Source of the DNA: Candidatus Saelkia tenebricola
Lineage (GTDB): Bacteria > Omnitrophota > Gorgyraeia > Kaelpiales > Kaelpiaceae
Assembly (NCBI GenBank): GCA_030765145.1
Contig: JAVCDA010000010.1
Coordinates: 119,344 to 183,343 of the forward strand
Length of the DNA stretch: 64,000 nucleotides
Reading direction: 5' to 3'
Both the position numbers and the translations under genes were made by a program. The notes beneath the pieces are model-generated. The model made no database searches and had not been told where the DNA came from. It worked only from the letters and a program-made list of their open reading frames with translations. Shown in pieces: positions 42,015-51,077 of this stretch; positions within the stretch are counted from its first letter, which is position 1; each line of letters opens with the position of its first letter.

Positions 42015-43324
42015 ATCTGTTTTAATTTATTTTCTTTTTCCCTTTCTATTTTTTGAACAGCATGTATGACCGTGGTATGATCTTTACCGCCAAAAGCACT
42101 TCCAATATCATTTAAGGAAGAATCCGTGTGTTTACGTATCAAATATATAGCCAATTGTCTGGGTAAAGTAACCGACTGTTTGCGAGATTTACTTTTAAGA
42201 TCTGCAAGTGAAATATTAAATAATTTTGCTACTTTTTCTTGGATATAAGGGATACTTACCCTACTGCTTTCTTCCTGCACCATATCACGTAAAACTTTTT
42301 CAACTAAAGGCAAGTCAATGCGCTCTTCAATTAAGGTTGCATGTGCGACAACTCTCAAGAGAGCACCTTCTAGCTCACGGATATTGGAAGAAATTTTTTC
42401 CGCAATATAGGAAAGCACGTCATTAGCAACTATAAGCTTAAATTTAAAAACTTTTTTTTGAAGAATAGCCAAGCGGGTTTCATAATCAGGTTTTTGCACA
42501 TCAACAACTAATCCCCAATGAAACCGAGAAACCAGACGTTCTTCTAAATCTGGGATTTCCTTAGGTGATCGGTCGCTGGAAATCACAATTTGTTTGTGAA
42601 AATCATAAAGAGCGTTAAAAGTATGGAAAAACTCTTCTTGCATACCTGCTTTCCCTGCTAGAAATTGTATATCATCGATTAATAAAAGATCGACGTTGCG
42701 ATATCGTTCCCTAAAACGAGCAGTACTGCGTGTTTGAATAGAGTGGACTAGTTGATTGGTAAACTCTTCGCTGGAAATATAATGCACTTTAAAGCGAGGA
42801 AAACGGTTAATAATCTCATGTCCGATGGCATGCAAAAGATGGGTTTTACCCAAACCAACCCCGCCGTATATAAAAAGCGGGTTATATGCTTTTGCCGGCG
42901 AAATAGTAATGGCAAAAGTTGCGGCATGGGCTAATTTATTGCACTCTCCCACAATAAATTCTTCAAAAGTATTTTGCGGATTTAACCGCTCTAAAACATG
43001 TTTAGAAATGACCTGTGTTTCTTTGTGTGTTGTCTTTATTTGTGGTGCAGTAATTTCAGAAGGGATTTTTGCTACGGTTAGTTTTATTTGGAATTCTTCC
43101 CCTGTCACGTCTTTTAAAAACAGCAAGATTTTATCCATATAACGTTCGCGAATCCAATTGCTGAAGAAAATATTAGGCACTGTAAATTCTAAAGTGTTAC
43201 CGGAGACTTCATGAACCTCAAGGGGTTCGATCCAGAATTTATATGTATGACTACCGAACTCGGTAATTAAACGTTCTTTGATTTCTTCCCAACAACTAAG
43301 CGTTTTTTTCTGCATAGGCGTCAA
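41975..43324 (-). CDS. dnaA: chromosomal replication initiator protein
   Basis: AAA+ Walker A GLGKTHLLHAIG and a C-terminal DnaA-box-binding HTH. Confidence 0.95.
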   Translation of the reverse strand: MTPMQKKTLSCWEEIKERLITEFGSHTYKFWIEPLEVHEVSGNTLEFTVPNIFFSNWIRERYMDKILLFLKDVTGEEFQIKLTVAKIPSEITAPQIKTTHKETQVISKHVLERLNPQNTFEEFIVGECNKLAHAATFAITISPAKAYNPLFIYGGVGLGKTHLLHAIGHEIINRFPRFKVHYISSEEFTNQLVHSIQTRSTARFRERYRNVDLLLIDDIQFLAGKAGMQEEFFHTFNALYDFHKQIVISSDRSPKEIPDLEERLVSRFHWGLVVDVQKPDYETRLAILQKKVFKFKLIVANDVLSYIAEKISSNIRELEGALLRVVAHATLIEERIDLPLVEKVLRDMVQEESSRVSIPYIQEKVAKLFNISLADLKSKSRKQSVTLPRQLAIYLIRKHTDSSLNDIGSAFGGKDHTTVIHAVQKIEREKENKLKQIVDKLEEKILKNT

Positions 43325-43360
43325 TTATAACAATCTACATATATAGTTTCAACATTTAAG

Positions 43361-43389
43361 TTGATTTAATACTGAATATTCACTATAAT
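43361..43389 (+). promoter_or_regulatory. sigma70-type promoter for rpmH (TTGATT-17 nt-TATAAT)
   Basis: -35 TTGATT at 43361-66 and -10 TATAAT at 43384-89, about 28 nt upstream of the rpmH GTG, followed by a GGAGGTG SD. Confidence 0.6.
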
Positions 43390-43416
43390 GGCCCGAATAA
43401 TAGGAGGTGATTACAG

Positions 43417-43554
43417 GTGAAAAAGAATTTAAAGCCGGTATCAAATTTAAAAAGGAAACGAAAACATGGTTTTTTAAAAAGGAATGATACCAAAGCAGGT
43501 CAACAGATTTTGACTCAGAGGAGAAAAAAAGGAAGACATAAAATTGCAGTCTGA
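43417..43554 (+). CDS. rpmH: 50S ribosomal protein L34
   Basis: GTG start. 45 aa, [23 protein letters not shown]..., matching the L34 consensus. Missed by the ORF track because it is under 60 aa. Confidence 0.85.
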   Translation: MKKNLKPVSNLKRKRKHGFLKRNDTKAGQQILTQRRKKGRHKIAV

Positions 43555-43897
43555 GGACAATGTCAAGATTTCCTCACTCAAGCTAGAAAAAGATATCAAC
43601 AATGTTTTCTCAAAAGGTAGTAAAATCGGGAACCGGTTCTGCGTGCTGTACTATCAGGCGGGCACACAGCCTAATTTAAGGCTTGGTGTATTCGTGCCCA
43701 AAAAAGTTTTTAAAAAAGCTGTTGACAGAAATCGCGCTAAGAGGATAATCAGAGAAGTTTTTAGACAAGAAAAAAGTGATTTAGGAGGTTTGGATATAAT
43801 ATGTCTTTTAACAAAATGTCAAAAGGGGGAAGTTTCTTTAAAATTATTCTCCCAACACATATCTGCTTTGTTGCAAAAGGTGCCAAGCGTATTGTAA
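43544..43897 (+). CDS. rnpA: ribonuclease P protein component
   Basis: TTG start with a [34 protein letters not shown] motif. Overlaps the rpmH stop by 11 nt. Confidence 0.85.
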   Translation: MQSEDNVKISSLKLEKDINNVFSKGSKIGNRFCVLYYQAGTQPNLRLGVFVPKKVFKKAVDRNRAKRIIREVFRQEKSDLGGLDIICLLTKCQKGEVSLKLFSQHISALLQKVPSVL

Positions 43898-44091
43898 TTA
43901 TACTGGTAAAGCTATATCAAAAATGTTTTGCTCCTTATATGCCTTATCAGTGTAAATATTCTCCATCTTGTTCCGAATATTGTATTGCTGCAGTGCAGAA
44001 GAAGGGTGTATGGTGGGGAGGAATATCAACTGCTGTTAGAATAATGAGATGCAATCCTTTTTCCCCGGGAGGATATGATCCTGTGAGGTAA
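43801..44091 (+). CDS. yidD: membrane protein insertion efficiency factor
   Basis: YQKCFAPYMPYQCKYSPSCSEYCIAAVQKKG...CNPFSPGGYDPV matches YidD. Start uncertain (43801 or 43816); it overlaps the rnpA 3' end. Confidence 0.8.
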   Translation: MSFNKMSKGGSFFKIILPTHICFVAKGAKRIVIILVKLYQKCFAPYMPYQCKYSPSCSEYCIAAVQKKGVWWGGISTAVRIMRCNPFSPGGYDPVR

Positions 44092-45570
44092 ATGATGGAG
44101 AAAAGAATTCTTATTGCAACGGGTCTTGCTTTTTTAGTTTTGTTAATGTATCAGCCGTATTTAAAAAAGTTGGGTGTGCAGCCACAAAGAAAAACAGTTG
44201 TAACGCAAGCCAGTAAAAAGCCCAATGATACGGTTGTGCCGTATGATACGGTTGATATTGAGACTGTTCAGACAGATGATACGGTTGCTGATACGGTTTT
44301 AGAGAATGATTTACTCAAGTTAACTGTTAATGAAAGAACAGGCACAGTAAAAGAAATCTATTTTTGGGATCATGGCACAAGCGCCATTCTTTACTCATTG
44401 CAAAATAAAGGCTTAGGATTATTTGCGCCAACCGTATCAACCGTATCATTTCAAAGTCGATTAGGTTTCAGTGCAAATGATATGGTTCTGGAAGGCCAGA
44501 GAGTAAAACGGTCGTATAAACTGGAGGAACATATCCTAACTACTGTTTTTGAAGGAGAAAAAGAAATTAGTATTTTTATTCCGACTAAATACGATGTTTC
44601 TCCCAGGGAAGCACGGTATGTAAGAATGGTGATTAAAAACACAGATGGTCTAAGCTATGATAAACCTTCCAAACTTATGAAGAATGGAGGAACATTACAG
44701 AACGTGGACTGGTTTGCACTGTCCTTTAGGTATCATTCTTTACTGTTTGATCCAGACAATATTGTAGACTTAGGAATAATTCCATCTTTAAGTAGAGATG
44801 GTTTTATTATCAAAATCAAGTTAGATGAGGCGCGTTTTAGCATAGCAACTTATTTAGGTCCCAATTCTGCCAATATTTTGGAATCCTATAATCAGAGTTG
44901 GCTTGGCGTGTTAAATTACGGGACATTGAACAATGTGGTTAAAACACTCCTAGTATTCTTCCATAAAATAACTCACAACTATGGCAGTGCTATTTTACTA
45001 CTGGCGATGCTGTTAAATTTGATTTTCTCTCCACTTACGCTTAAGTCTCAACGTAGTATGAAAGGCATGCAGAAGCTGCAACCGGAGATACAAGCTTTAA
45101 AAGAGCAATATAAAGATAATCCACAAGCTGTTAACAAGGAAATGCTACAGCTTTATAAAAAGCATAAAGTTAATCCGATGGGAGGATGCTTGCCGATGCT
45201 ATTACAAATCCCGGTATTTATCGCCCTCTATAACACGCTGATGAGAAGCTATGAGCTCAAAAATGCTACTTTTTTGTGGATTAAAGATCTTTCAGCACCA
45301 GACAGACTTGTTATGCTTGGCAAGGCCTTGCCGTTGATAGGCAATGAAATTAACCTTTTACCTTTGTTGATGGCGGGACTCATGTTTGCACAGCAAAAGC
45401 TTTCTCCCGCAGCCAAGATGCCGGGAGCAGGAGCGCAGAATCCCAATATGATGCTTTGGCTTATGCCGATATTTATGGGAGCAATATTTTATAAGTTTCC
45501 AGCAGGGCTTGTTCTTTACTGGTTTACTAATTCTCTGTTTATGCTGGTGCTGCAAATGGCTCGAAAGTAA
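44092..45570 (+). CDS. yidC: membrane protein insertase YidC
   Basis: N-terminal TM anchor, periplasmic P1 domain, conserved C-terminal 5-TM insertase core (GGCLPMLLQIPVFIALY...). Confidence 0.95.
   Translation: MMEKRILIATGLAFLVLLMYQPYLKKLGVQPQRKTVVTQASKKPNDTVVPYDTVDIETVQTDDTVADTVLENDLLKLTVNERTGTVKEIYFWDHGTSAILYSLQNKGLGLFAPTVSTVSFQSRLGFSANDMVLEGQRVKRSYKLEEHILTTVFEGEKEISIFIPTKYDVSPREARYVRMVIKNTDGLSYDKPSKLMKNGGTLQNVDWFALSFRYHSLLFDPDNIVDLGIIPSLSRDGFIIKIKLDEARFSIATYLGPNSANILESYNQSWLGVLNYGTLNNVVKTLLVFFHKITHNYGSAILLLAMLLNLIFSPLTLKSQRSMKGMQKLQPEIQALKEQYKDNPQAVNKEMLQLYKKHKVNPMGGCLPMLLQIPVFIALYNTLMRSYELKNATFLWIKDLSAPDRLVMLGKALPLIGNEINLLPLLMAGLMFAQQKLSPAAKMPGAGAQNPNMMLWLMPIFMGAIFYKFPAGLVLYWFTNSLFMLVLQMARK
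44225..44487. repeat. second cluster of seven copies of the ATGATACGGTT / AACCGTATCAT motif inside the yidC 5' coding region
   Basis: Copies at 44225-35, 44243-53, 44276-86, 44289-98 (10/11), 44430-40 (10/11), 44439-49 and 44477-87 (variant ATGATATGGTT). Confidence 0.85.
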
Positions 45571-45588
45571 CTTTTCACGTGAAAAGTC

Positions 45589-46401
45589 ATGATAATATCA
45601 ATTTGTAATCAGAAAGGCGGGGTGGGGAAGACCACCACAGCCGTTAACCTAAGCACAGATTTGGCGTTAAAGCATCATAAAAAGGTGCTTTTAGTGGATT
45701 TTGACCCCCAGGCAAATGCCACCAGCGGACTAGGCATTCACAAGGGCGACATAGAGTTTTCTGTGTATGACTTCCTGCATGCAGAGATTGATAAAGAAGC
45801 TATTGTTAAAACCAAGGTTAATAATCTATATATCCTACCTTCCTCGATTTCTTTATGCGGAGCTGAAATAGAGCTTATAGAAAGTGCTGACAGGGAATAC
45901 AGATTTAAAAAAAGGGCTCAGGAGATTCTTTCAGGGTTTGATGTGATTATAGTTGATACACCCCCATCTTTGGGGATTTTAACAATCAATGCTTTAGTTG
46001 CCAGCAACAGGGTTATTGTGCCTATTCAATGCGAATATTATGCATTGGAAGGGCTGGTTGATTTTTTAAATACTTTGAATTTGATAAAAGAACGGCTTAA
46101 TCCGGAGCTTGACATTTTAGGTATTTTACTTACAATGGCTGATTATAGAACAAAAATTGCTCATGATGTGGAAAAAGAGATACGGCAGAAATTTGAAAAA
46201 AAAGTTTTCCACACAGTTATCCACAGAAATGTTCGTTTAGCCGAGGCGCCTAGTTACGGGCTTCCCATAGAGATATATGACGCTGCTTCTGCCGGAGCGT
46301 GTTGTTACAGAAGCTTGGTGGATGAGGTTGCCTTGATATTAGGAGATGTTTATGGAAAAGAAGACGGGATTGGGCAAGGGGCTATCAGCACTGATTCCTG
46401 A
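45589..46401 (+). CDS. parA: ParA/Soj chromosome partitioning ATPase
   Basis: Deviant Walker A ICNQKGGVGKTTTAVNL. About a 20-aa C-terminal tail overlaps the parB start. Confidence 0.9.
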   Translation: MIISICNQKGGVGKTTTAVNLSTDLALKHHKKVLLVDFDPQANATSGLGIHKGDIEFSVYDFLHAEIDKEAIVKTKVNNLYILPSSISLCGAEIELIESADREYRFKKRAQEILSGFDVIIVDTPPSLGILTINALVASNRVIVPIQCEYYALEGLVDFLNTLNLIKERLNPELDILGILLTMADYRTKIAHDVEKEIRQKFEKKVFHTVIHRNVRLAEAPSYGLPIEIYDAASAGACCYRSLVDEVALILGDVYGKEDGIGQGAISTDS

Positions 46402-47173
46402 AAAAACGGGAGTTGATTTTAAAAAATACAAAGAGATTAATGTTTCAAGAATAGCCTTAAATCCTTTTCAGCCTAGAAAAGTGTTTGTTGAGCAGGAAGT
46501 AATCAATTTAAAAGCATCAATATTAAAAGATGGACTATTACAGCCAATATTAGTTGTGGTAGAAGGGGATGCGTACAAGCTGATTGCCGGCGAAAGAAGG
46601 TTTAGGGCGATTAAAATGCTAGGTTGGGATAAAGTACCGGCATTAGTGCTGAATGCTGTGGAAGAAGTGGAGCTGTTGCGAAAATCCTTGGTTGAAAATA
46701 TCCAGCGGACAAATCTTAATCCGATAGAAGAAGCTCAGGCTTATAAAAAGCTGATTGAAGAATATGGGTATTCTTTAGAAAATGTAGCTGTTGAAGTTGG
46801 CAAAGATTTTTCGACCATTTCGAACACGTTAAGGCTTTTAAATTTGCCTCTCGATGTTCAGGAAGACTTACAGCAAGGCTTTATATCTTCAGGTCATGCA
46901 CGGGCTTTACTCATGCTTCAAAATGAAGCAGCGTTAAGAAAATTACTTAAAGCCATAAAAACAGGCAATATAAGTGTTAGAGAGGCAGAAAAAAGGGTGC
47001 GGATACAGAAGAACAGAGATATAGACCCCAATATCTCGAGCATATTAGAGGAACTACAGAGAAAGCTTGGAACCAAGATAGAGATTATGCCCAAAAAGAA
47101 AGGGGGCAAGATCGAAATTTCTTATTTCAGCAACGAAGACTTAGAAAAAGTTTTAAATGTGTTATTAAAATGA
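46346..47173 (+). CDS. parB: ParB/Spo0J partitioning protein
   Basis: GLGKGLSALI N-terminal motif. ParB box LIAGERRFRA. HTH. The start may instead be 46352. Confidence 0.9.
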   Translation: MFMEKKTGLGKGLSALIPEKTGVDFKKYKEINVSRIALNPFQPRKVFVEQEVINLKASILKDGLLQPILVVVEGDAYKLIAGERRFRAIKMLGWDKVPALVLNAVEEVELLRKSLVENIQRTNLNPIEEAQAYKKLIEEYGYSLENVAVEVGKDFSTISNTLRLLNLPLDVQEDLQQGFISSGHARALLMLQNEAALRKLLKAIKTGNISVREAEKRVRIQKNRDIDPNISSILEELQRKLGTKIEIMPKKKGGKIEISYFSNEDLEKVLNVLLK

Positions 47174-47183
47174 GGAGGCATAG

Positions 47184-47687
47184 GTGTTAAACCAAACCTT
47201 GATACTGATTAAACCTGATGGGTTGAAAAAGTCTCTCACGGGAAATATCTTAACCAGGCTTTCTGAAACCAAGCTGGAGATTGTTGCAGCTAAAATTATT
47301 CGGGTAACTCCAGAGATGGCAGAAGCGCATTATTGTCATTTAAAGGAAAAGACGTTTTTTAAAGAATTAATCAGCTATCTTACTGGGGAGCTGCACCAGC
47401 GCAAAAAGGTTATGGCTATGGTGTACTGGGGGGAAGATGCAATTCAGAAAATACGGGAAATTGCCGGGGCAACTAATCCGGAAGAAGCAAGCCCCACATC
47501 TATCAGAGGGCAATTCGGGCGTATTACAACAAAAGGATTATATGAAAACGTTGTTCATGCATCTGCCATTGAAAGTGACGCTGAGAGAGAAATAAAACTA
47601 TGGTTTGATCCTGATGAAATAATTTTTGACCTTTACCCCACGCGTATTGTAACAACAGGGGGAAGGAAAGTGAGGGTATGGATATGA
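47184..47687 (+). CDS. ndk: nucleoside diphosphate kinase
   Basis: LILIKPDG start and the NVVHASAIESDAEREIKLWF active-site His region. Confidence 0.85.
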   Translation: MLNQTLILIKPDGLKKSLTGNILTRLSETKLEIVAAKIIRVTPEMAEAHYCHLKEKTFFKELISYLTGELHQRKKVMAMVYWGEDAIQKIREIAGATNPEEASPTSIRGQFGRITTKGLYENVVHASAIESDAEREIKLWFDPDEIIFDLYPTRIVTTGGRKVRVWI

Positions 47688-48547
47688 GCGAAAAACAGGG
47701 GAAGCGCATAAACAGCATGACCGGGTTTGGTAAAGCCAGCGCTAAGAGCATTAACTGTGCCTGCTATGCGGAGATCAAGAGTGTTAACCATAGATATTTA
47801 GAGATTAACACAAAGATTCCTGACGAATTTTTAAAGCTGGACTTGGAGATAAAAAAGATTGCTAAAAGTTATATCAAAAGAGGGGCGGCGTATTTAAGTT
47901 TAAATTTTATTTACGAAGCAGGTGTTGATTTGAAAGTAGATGACAAATTGTTTCAAAAACTTCTCAAGCTTGAAAAAGATATTGAAAGCAGGCACGGTAT
48001 TAATCAGTCGCTAAACATTCATTACATTTTAAGTTATCCCGGAGTTGTAAAGCAAGTTCGCCCTCAGATACCCTTTAAAGAAAAAAGAGAACTTATCTTA
48101 GGTGCTTTAAAATCTGCATTGGAATCTTTATCGGCAAGCAGAAATCAAGAGGGAAAAGTTTTGCAAAAAGATTTACAGGTCCATTTAAATATAATTGAGA
48201 AAAATCTACATGTTATTGAGAGAATAGAAAAAAATAGAGAAAATATTTTGCTGAAAAGAATGCAAGATCAAGCGGTTAAGCGCCAACAGACTCAGGGTGG
48301 GGCTCAAATGCCTCTACCTTCAATCGCCGAAGAAGTTGTCCGTTTAAGAAGCCATATTAGGGCTGCAAAAGGACTTTTGGCAAGAGGCGGGGTAATAGGC
48401 AGAGAGCTGGATTTTTTGGCTCAAGAGATGAACAGGGAAACTAATACTGTTTCTGCTAAAGCTCTTTCTTCTACAACAGCCAGGTCTGTGGTAAAAGTTA
48501 AAGCAGAGATAGAAAAGATTAGAGAACAAGCGCTAAATATCGAATAG
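47684..48547 (+). CDS. yicC: YicC family stress-induced protein
   Basis: INSMTGFGKA... N-domain and C-terminal RELDFLAQEMNRETNT (DUF1732). Start chosen at the ATGA overlap with the ndk stop; 47678 or 47717 are alternatives. Confidence 0.8.
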   Translation: MSEKQGKRINSMTGFGKASAKSINCACYAEIKSVNHRYLEINTKIPDEFLKLDLEIKKIAKSYIKRGAAYLSLNFIYEAGVDLKVDDKLFQKLLKLEKDIESRHGINQSLNIHYILSYPGVVKQVRPQIPFKEKRELILGALKSALESLSASRNQEGKVLQKDLQVHLNIIEKNLHVIERIEKNRENILLKRMQDQAVKRQQTQGGAQMPLPSIAEEVVRLRSHIRAAKGLLARGGVIGRELDFLAQEMNRETNTVSAKALSSTTARSVVKVKAEIEKIREQALNIE

Positions 48548-48564
48548 ATAATAGGTTAGGAATA

Positions 48565-48807
48565 ATGGAAATATTAAATATTGGCTATGATAATATAGTT
48601 TTAAAAGAAAAGATTGTTGCAATTGTAAACGCTGATTCTAAACCAGCTCGGCGAATTAAAGAGCAAGCAGCGCAAACGGGTCGATTAATCGATGCAACCT
48701 GTGGAAGAAAAACAAGGGCTTTGATATTAACGCATAGTAATCATATCGTTCTTTCTGCAATTAATGTTCAAACCTTAACCCAGCGAATACGTGGAAAAAA
48801 AGGGTAA
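48565..48807 (+). CDS. DUF370 family protein (RemA/YlzA-like)
   Basis: LIDATCGRKTRALILTHSNHIVLSAI is near-identical in pattern to B. subtilis RemA. Conserved position upstream of gmk. Confidence 0.85.
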   Translation: MEILNIGYDNIVLKEKIVAIVNADSKPARRIKEQAAQTGRLIDATCGRKTRALILTHSNHIVLSAINVQTLTQRIRGKKG

Positions 48808-49378
48808 AGTTTTTATTATCTCAGGACCTTCCGGGGTAGGGAAGACTACTATCACCCAAAATATTTTGGCAGAAATCTCGGGTATCAAGCGAAGTATTTC
48901 TTGCACAACTCGCAAGCCGCGTCAAGGAGAGCATGATAACATAGACTATAGATTTATAACTAAGAAACGATTTAAAGAACTGGTAAAACAAAAAGCTTTT
49001 TTGGAATGGGCGTGTGTGTTAAATAATTACTATGGGACTTTGAAAAAAGATGTTGAAAATTTTCTGCAAGAAGGTGCGGATGTACTACTCTGTATAGATG
49101 TGCAAGGGGCACAGCAAATTTCTGCGAAAATACCCGAGGCGATTAGCATTTTTGTTCTCCCTCCCGATTTAACGGAACTAAAAAAAAGGCTTGCAAATCG
49201 TGGAGAAGACTTAAAAGAAACGAATAAAAGAATGATGCTTGCTAAACAAGAGTTGCAAAAAGCACACAAATACGATTATACTGTAACAAATGACTGCTTG
49301 CAAAAAGCAACGAAAACGGTAAAGCATATTATACGCACCGGGAAAAGCAGTAAAAAACAAACCAAAAGGAGAACTTAA
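48791..49378 (+). CDS. gmk: guanylate kinase
   Basis: P-loop ISGPSGVGKTT and the guanylate kinase fold pattern. Confidence 0.9.
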   Translation: MEKKGKVFIISGPSGVGKTTITQNILAEISGIKRSISCTTRKPRQGEHDNIDYRFITKKRFKELVKQKAFLEWACVLNNYYGTLKKDVENFLQEGADVLLCIDVQGAQQISAKIPEAISIFVLPPDLTELKKRLANRGEDLKETNKRMMLAKQELQKAHKYDYTVTNDCLQKATKTVKHIIRTGKSSKKQTKRRT

Positions 49379-49573
49379 ATGTCTTATGTAAAAGTAGATG
49401 AGATAAGATCTAGTGTGGAAAGTATTTTTAAGGCAACTATTATTGCTGTACAAAGAGCGGTTGAAGTGGCAGAAGAAGCATCTAAACAACAAATTATTTT
49501 AACGGAAAAGCCTACCAGTTTTGCAATTCATGAAATGGAAACAGGGAAACTGTCGTATAAGGTCATAAAATGA
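49379..49573 (+). CDS. rpoZ: DNA-directed RNA polymerase subunit omega (probable)
   Basis: 64 aa. SIFKATIIAVQRAVEV resembles the RpoZ core helix (NRFELVLLAAKRARQL). Canonical gmk-rpoZ-coaBC order. Confidence 0.6.
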   Translation: MSYVKVDEIRSSVESIFKATIIAVQRAVEVAEEASKQQIILTEKPTSFAIHEMETGKLSYKVIK

Positions 49574-50091
49574 AGACAATTGTGTTAGGCCTTAGCGGTA
49601 GCATTGCTTGTTATAAAGGAGCTGAGGCTGCATCTTTGTTAACACAGAAAGGTTATCAAGTTTATACCGTTATGACAGCAGCAGCAGAAGAATTTATAAC
49701 CCCCTTGACTCTAAGGTCTCTCACAGGTAATCCGGTGTTCAATGATATGTTTGAAGATAAAACAACTCATATTTCTCTGGCCAAAGAAGCTGATTTAATT
49801 CTTGTTGCTCCGGCAACAGCATGTTGTATATCTAAGCTGGCAGGAGGTATTGTATCTGATCTTTTAACTTTGACGATTATATCATCAAATGCAGCGGTAT
49901 TAATATGTCCAGCTATGAATGAACAGATGTATAAAAACAAAATTATACAGGATAATATCGAAAAGCTAAAAAAGTATGGGTATCACTTTTTAGGTCCTTA
50001 CGAAGGATGGCTTAGTTGCGGTTACCGGGGGAAGGGAAGGCTTGCAGATGTTATGGATATTGTAGTTGAAGCAGAAAAGCTTATACAATGA
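49570..50091 (+). CDS. coaC: phosphopantothenoylcysteine decarboxylase (flavoprotein), stand-alone
   Basis: IVLGLSGSIACYKGAE...PAMN flavoprotein motifs; 173 aa only. Confidence 0.85.
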   Translation: MKTIVLGLSGSIACYKGAEAASLLTQKGYQVYTVMTAAAEEFITPLTLRSLTGNPVFNDMFEDKTTHISLAKEADLILVAPATACCISKLAGGIVSDLLTLTIISSNAAVLICPAMNEQMYKNKIIQDNIEKLKKYGYHFLGPYEGWLSCGYRGKGRLADVMDIVVEAEKLIQ

Positions 50092-50741
50092 ATCTTCTTA
50101 TCTCGTTTGGTCCTCTCAAAGCATATATCGATGAAGTCAGGTTTATAACCAACCGCTCTACAGGTACTTTTGGCTATAAGTTATTGCAAGAGGCTTTGTT
50201 GCGTAAATATAATGTCAGAGCAGTTGTAGGGTGTATGAAATTTCCCGCGCCTAAAAAAGTAGACAGATGGATTAAAGTCGAGGAATATAAAGACTTAAAA
50301 AACGCATTATATAAAAATTTCTCCTGGGCGGATGTTTTAATAATGGCTGCAGCTGTACCTGATTTTGTTCCTCAGAGTAAATCTCCGGGTAAAATTCCCA
50401 GAAGCAAGGGTAAATTGCACTTGAAGCTTGAAGCTACAGAAAGTATAATAGGGGCTCTTTCTAAGGAAAATGGTAGAAATAAAAAAGTGTTGATTGGGTT
50501 TTCTTTGGAGAAAGACGCACCGATTGAGAAAGCTTATCAAAAAGTAATAGATAATGATTTGGATTTCACGGTAGCAGTATCATTGAGTAGTGAGCAAAAT
50601 CCTTACGGATTAAAAGCGTGTTCAGTTGCGTTGGCATCAAAAAGCAAAGTGGAAAAACTTCCGTTGTGGAGCAAACAAAGAATTGCAAGACATGTTTTTG
50701 ACAACATAGCTCAATATAAAGATGGCTTGCGAAAGAGATAA
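50088..50741 (+). CDS. coaB: phosphopantothenate--cysteine ligase, stand-alone
   Basis: DFP-domain motif VRFITNRSTGTFGYKL. 4-nt overlap with coaC. Confidence 0.8.
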   Translation: MNLLISFGPLKAYIDEVRFITNRSTGTFGYKLLQEALLRKYNVRAVVGCMKFPAPKKVDRWIKVEEYKDLKNALYKNFSWADVLIMAAAVPDFVPQSKSPGKIPRSKGKLHLKLEATESIIGALSKENGRNKKVLIGFSLEKDAPIEKAYQKVIDNDLDFTVAVSLSSEQNPYGLKACSVALASKSKVEKLPLWSKQRIARHVFDNIAQYKDGLRKR

Positions 50742-50785
50742 TATTTAGAGATAATTATTGAACGCTCTTTAGATAAATAACATAC

Positions 50786-50857
50786 GGCGGCGTAGCCAAG
50801 TGGGAAGGCAGTGGTCTGCAAAACCACCATTCAGCGGTTCAAATCCGCTCGCCGCCT
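50786..50857 (+). tRNA. tRNA-Cys (anticodon GCA)
   Basis: Hand-folded cloverleaf: acceptor GGCGGCG/CGCCGCC, anticodon loop CTGCAAA. Confidence 0.85.
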
Positions 50858-50881
50858 GGAAACGGATTAAAAGGAATATAT

Positions 50882-50967
50882 GCCGGGATGGCGGAATTGG
50901 CAGACGCATCGGACTTAAAATCCGATGTTCCGTAAGGGACGTGCCGGTTCAAGTCCGGCTCTCGGCA
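50882..50967 (+). tRNA. tRNA-Leu (anticodon TAA), long variable arm
   Basis: Acceptor GCCGGGA/TCTCGGC, anticodon stem TCGGA/TCCGA with loop CTTAAAA; 86 nt. Confidence 0.85.
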
Positions 50968-50977
50968 TTAATAAAAT

Positions 50978-51051
50978 GGGCGGTTAGCTCAGTTGGCTAG
51001 AGCGCCACGTTGACATCGTGGAGGTCACAGGTTCAAGTCCTGTACCGCCCA
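50978..51051 (+). tRNA. tRNA-Val (anticodon GAC), CCA encoded
   Basis: Acceptor GGGCGGT/ACCGCCC, anticodon loop TTGACAT, TTCAAGT T-loop, followed by CCA. Confidence 0.85.
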
Positions 51052-51077
51052 CCATGAAATAGGCAGGTGAAATAGAA

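Noticed and set aside
42825-43142. 105-aa plus-strand ORF inside dnaA
   Set aside because: Antisense to dnaA, with no supporting signals.
50800-51000. 66-aa ORF in the tRNA region
   Set aside because: The sequence folds into the three canonical tRNAs (Cys, Leu, Val), so the ORF is a translation artefact.
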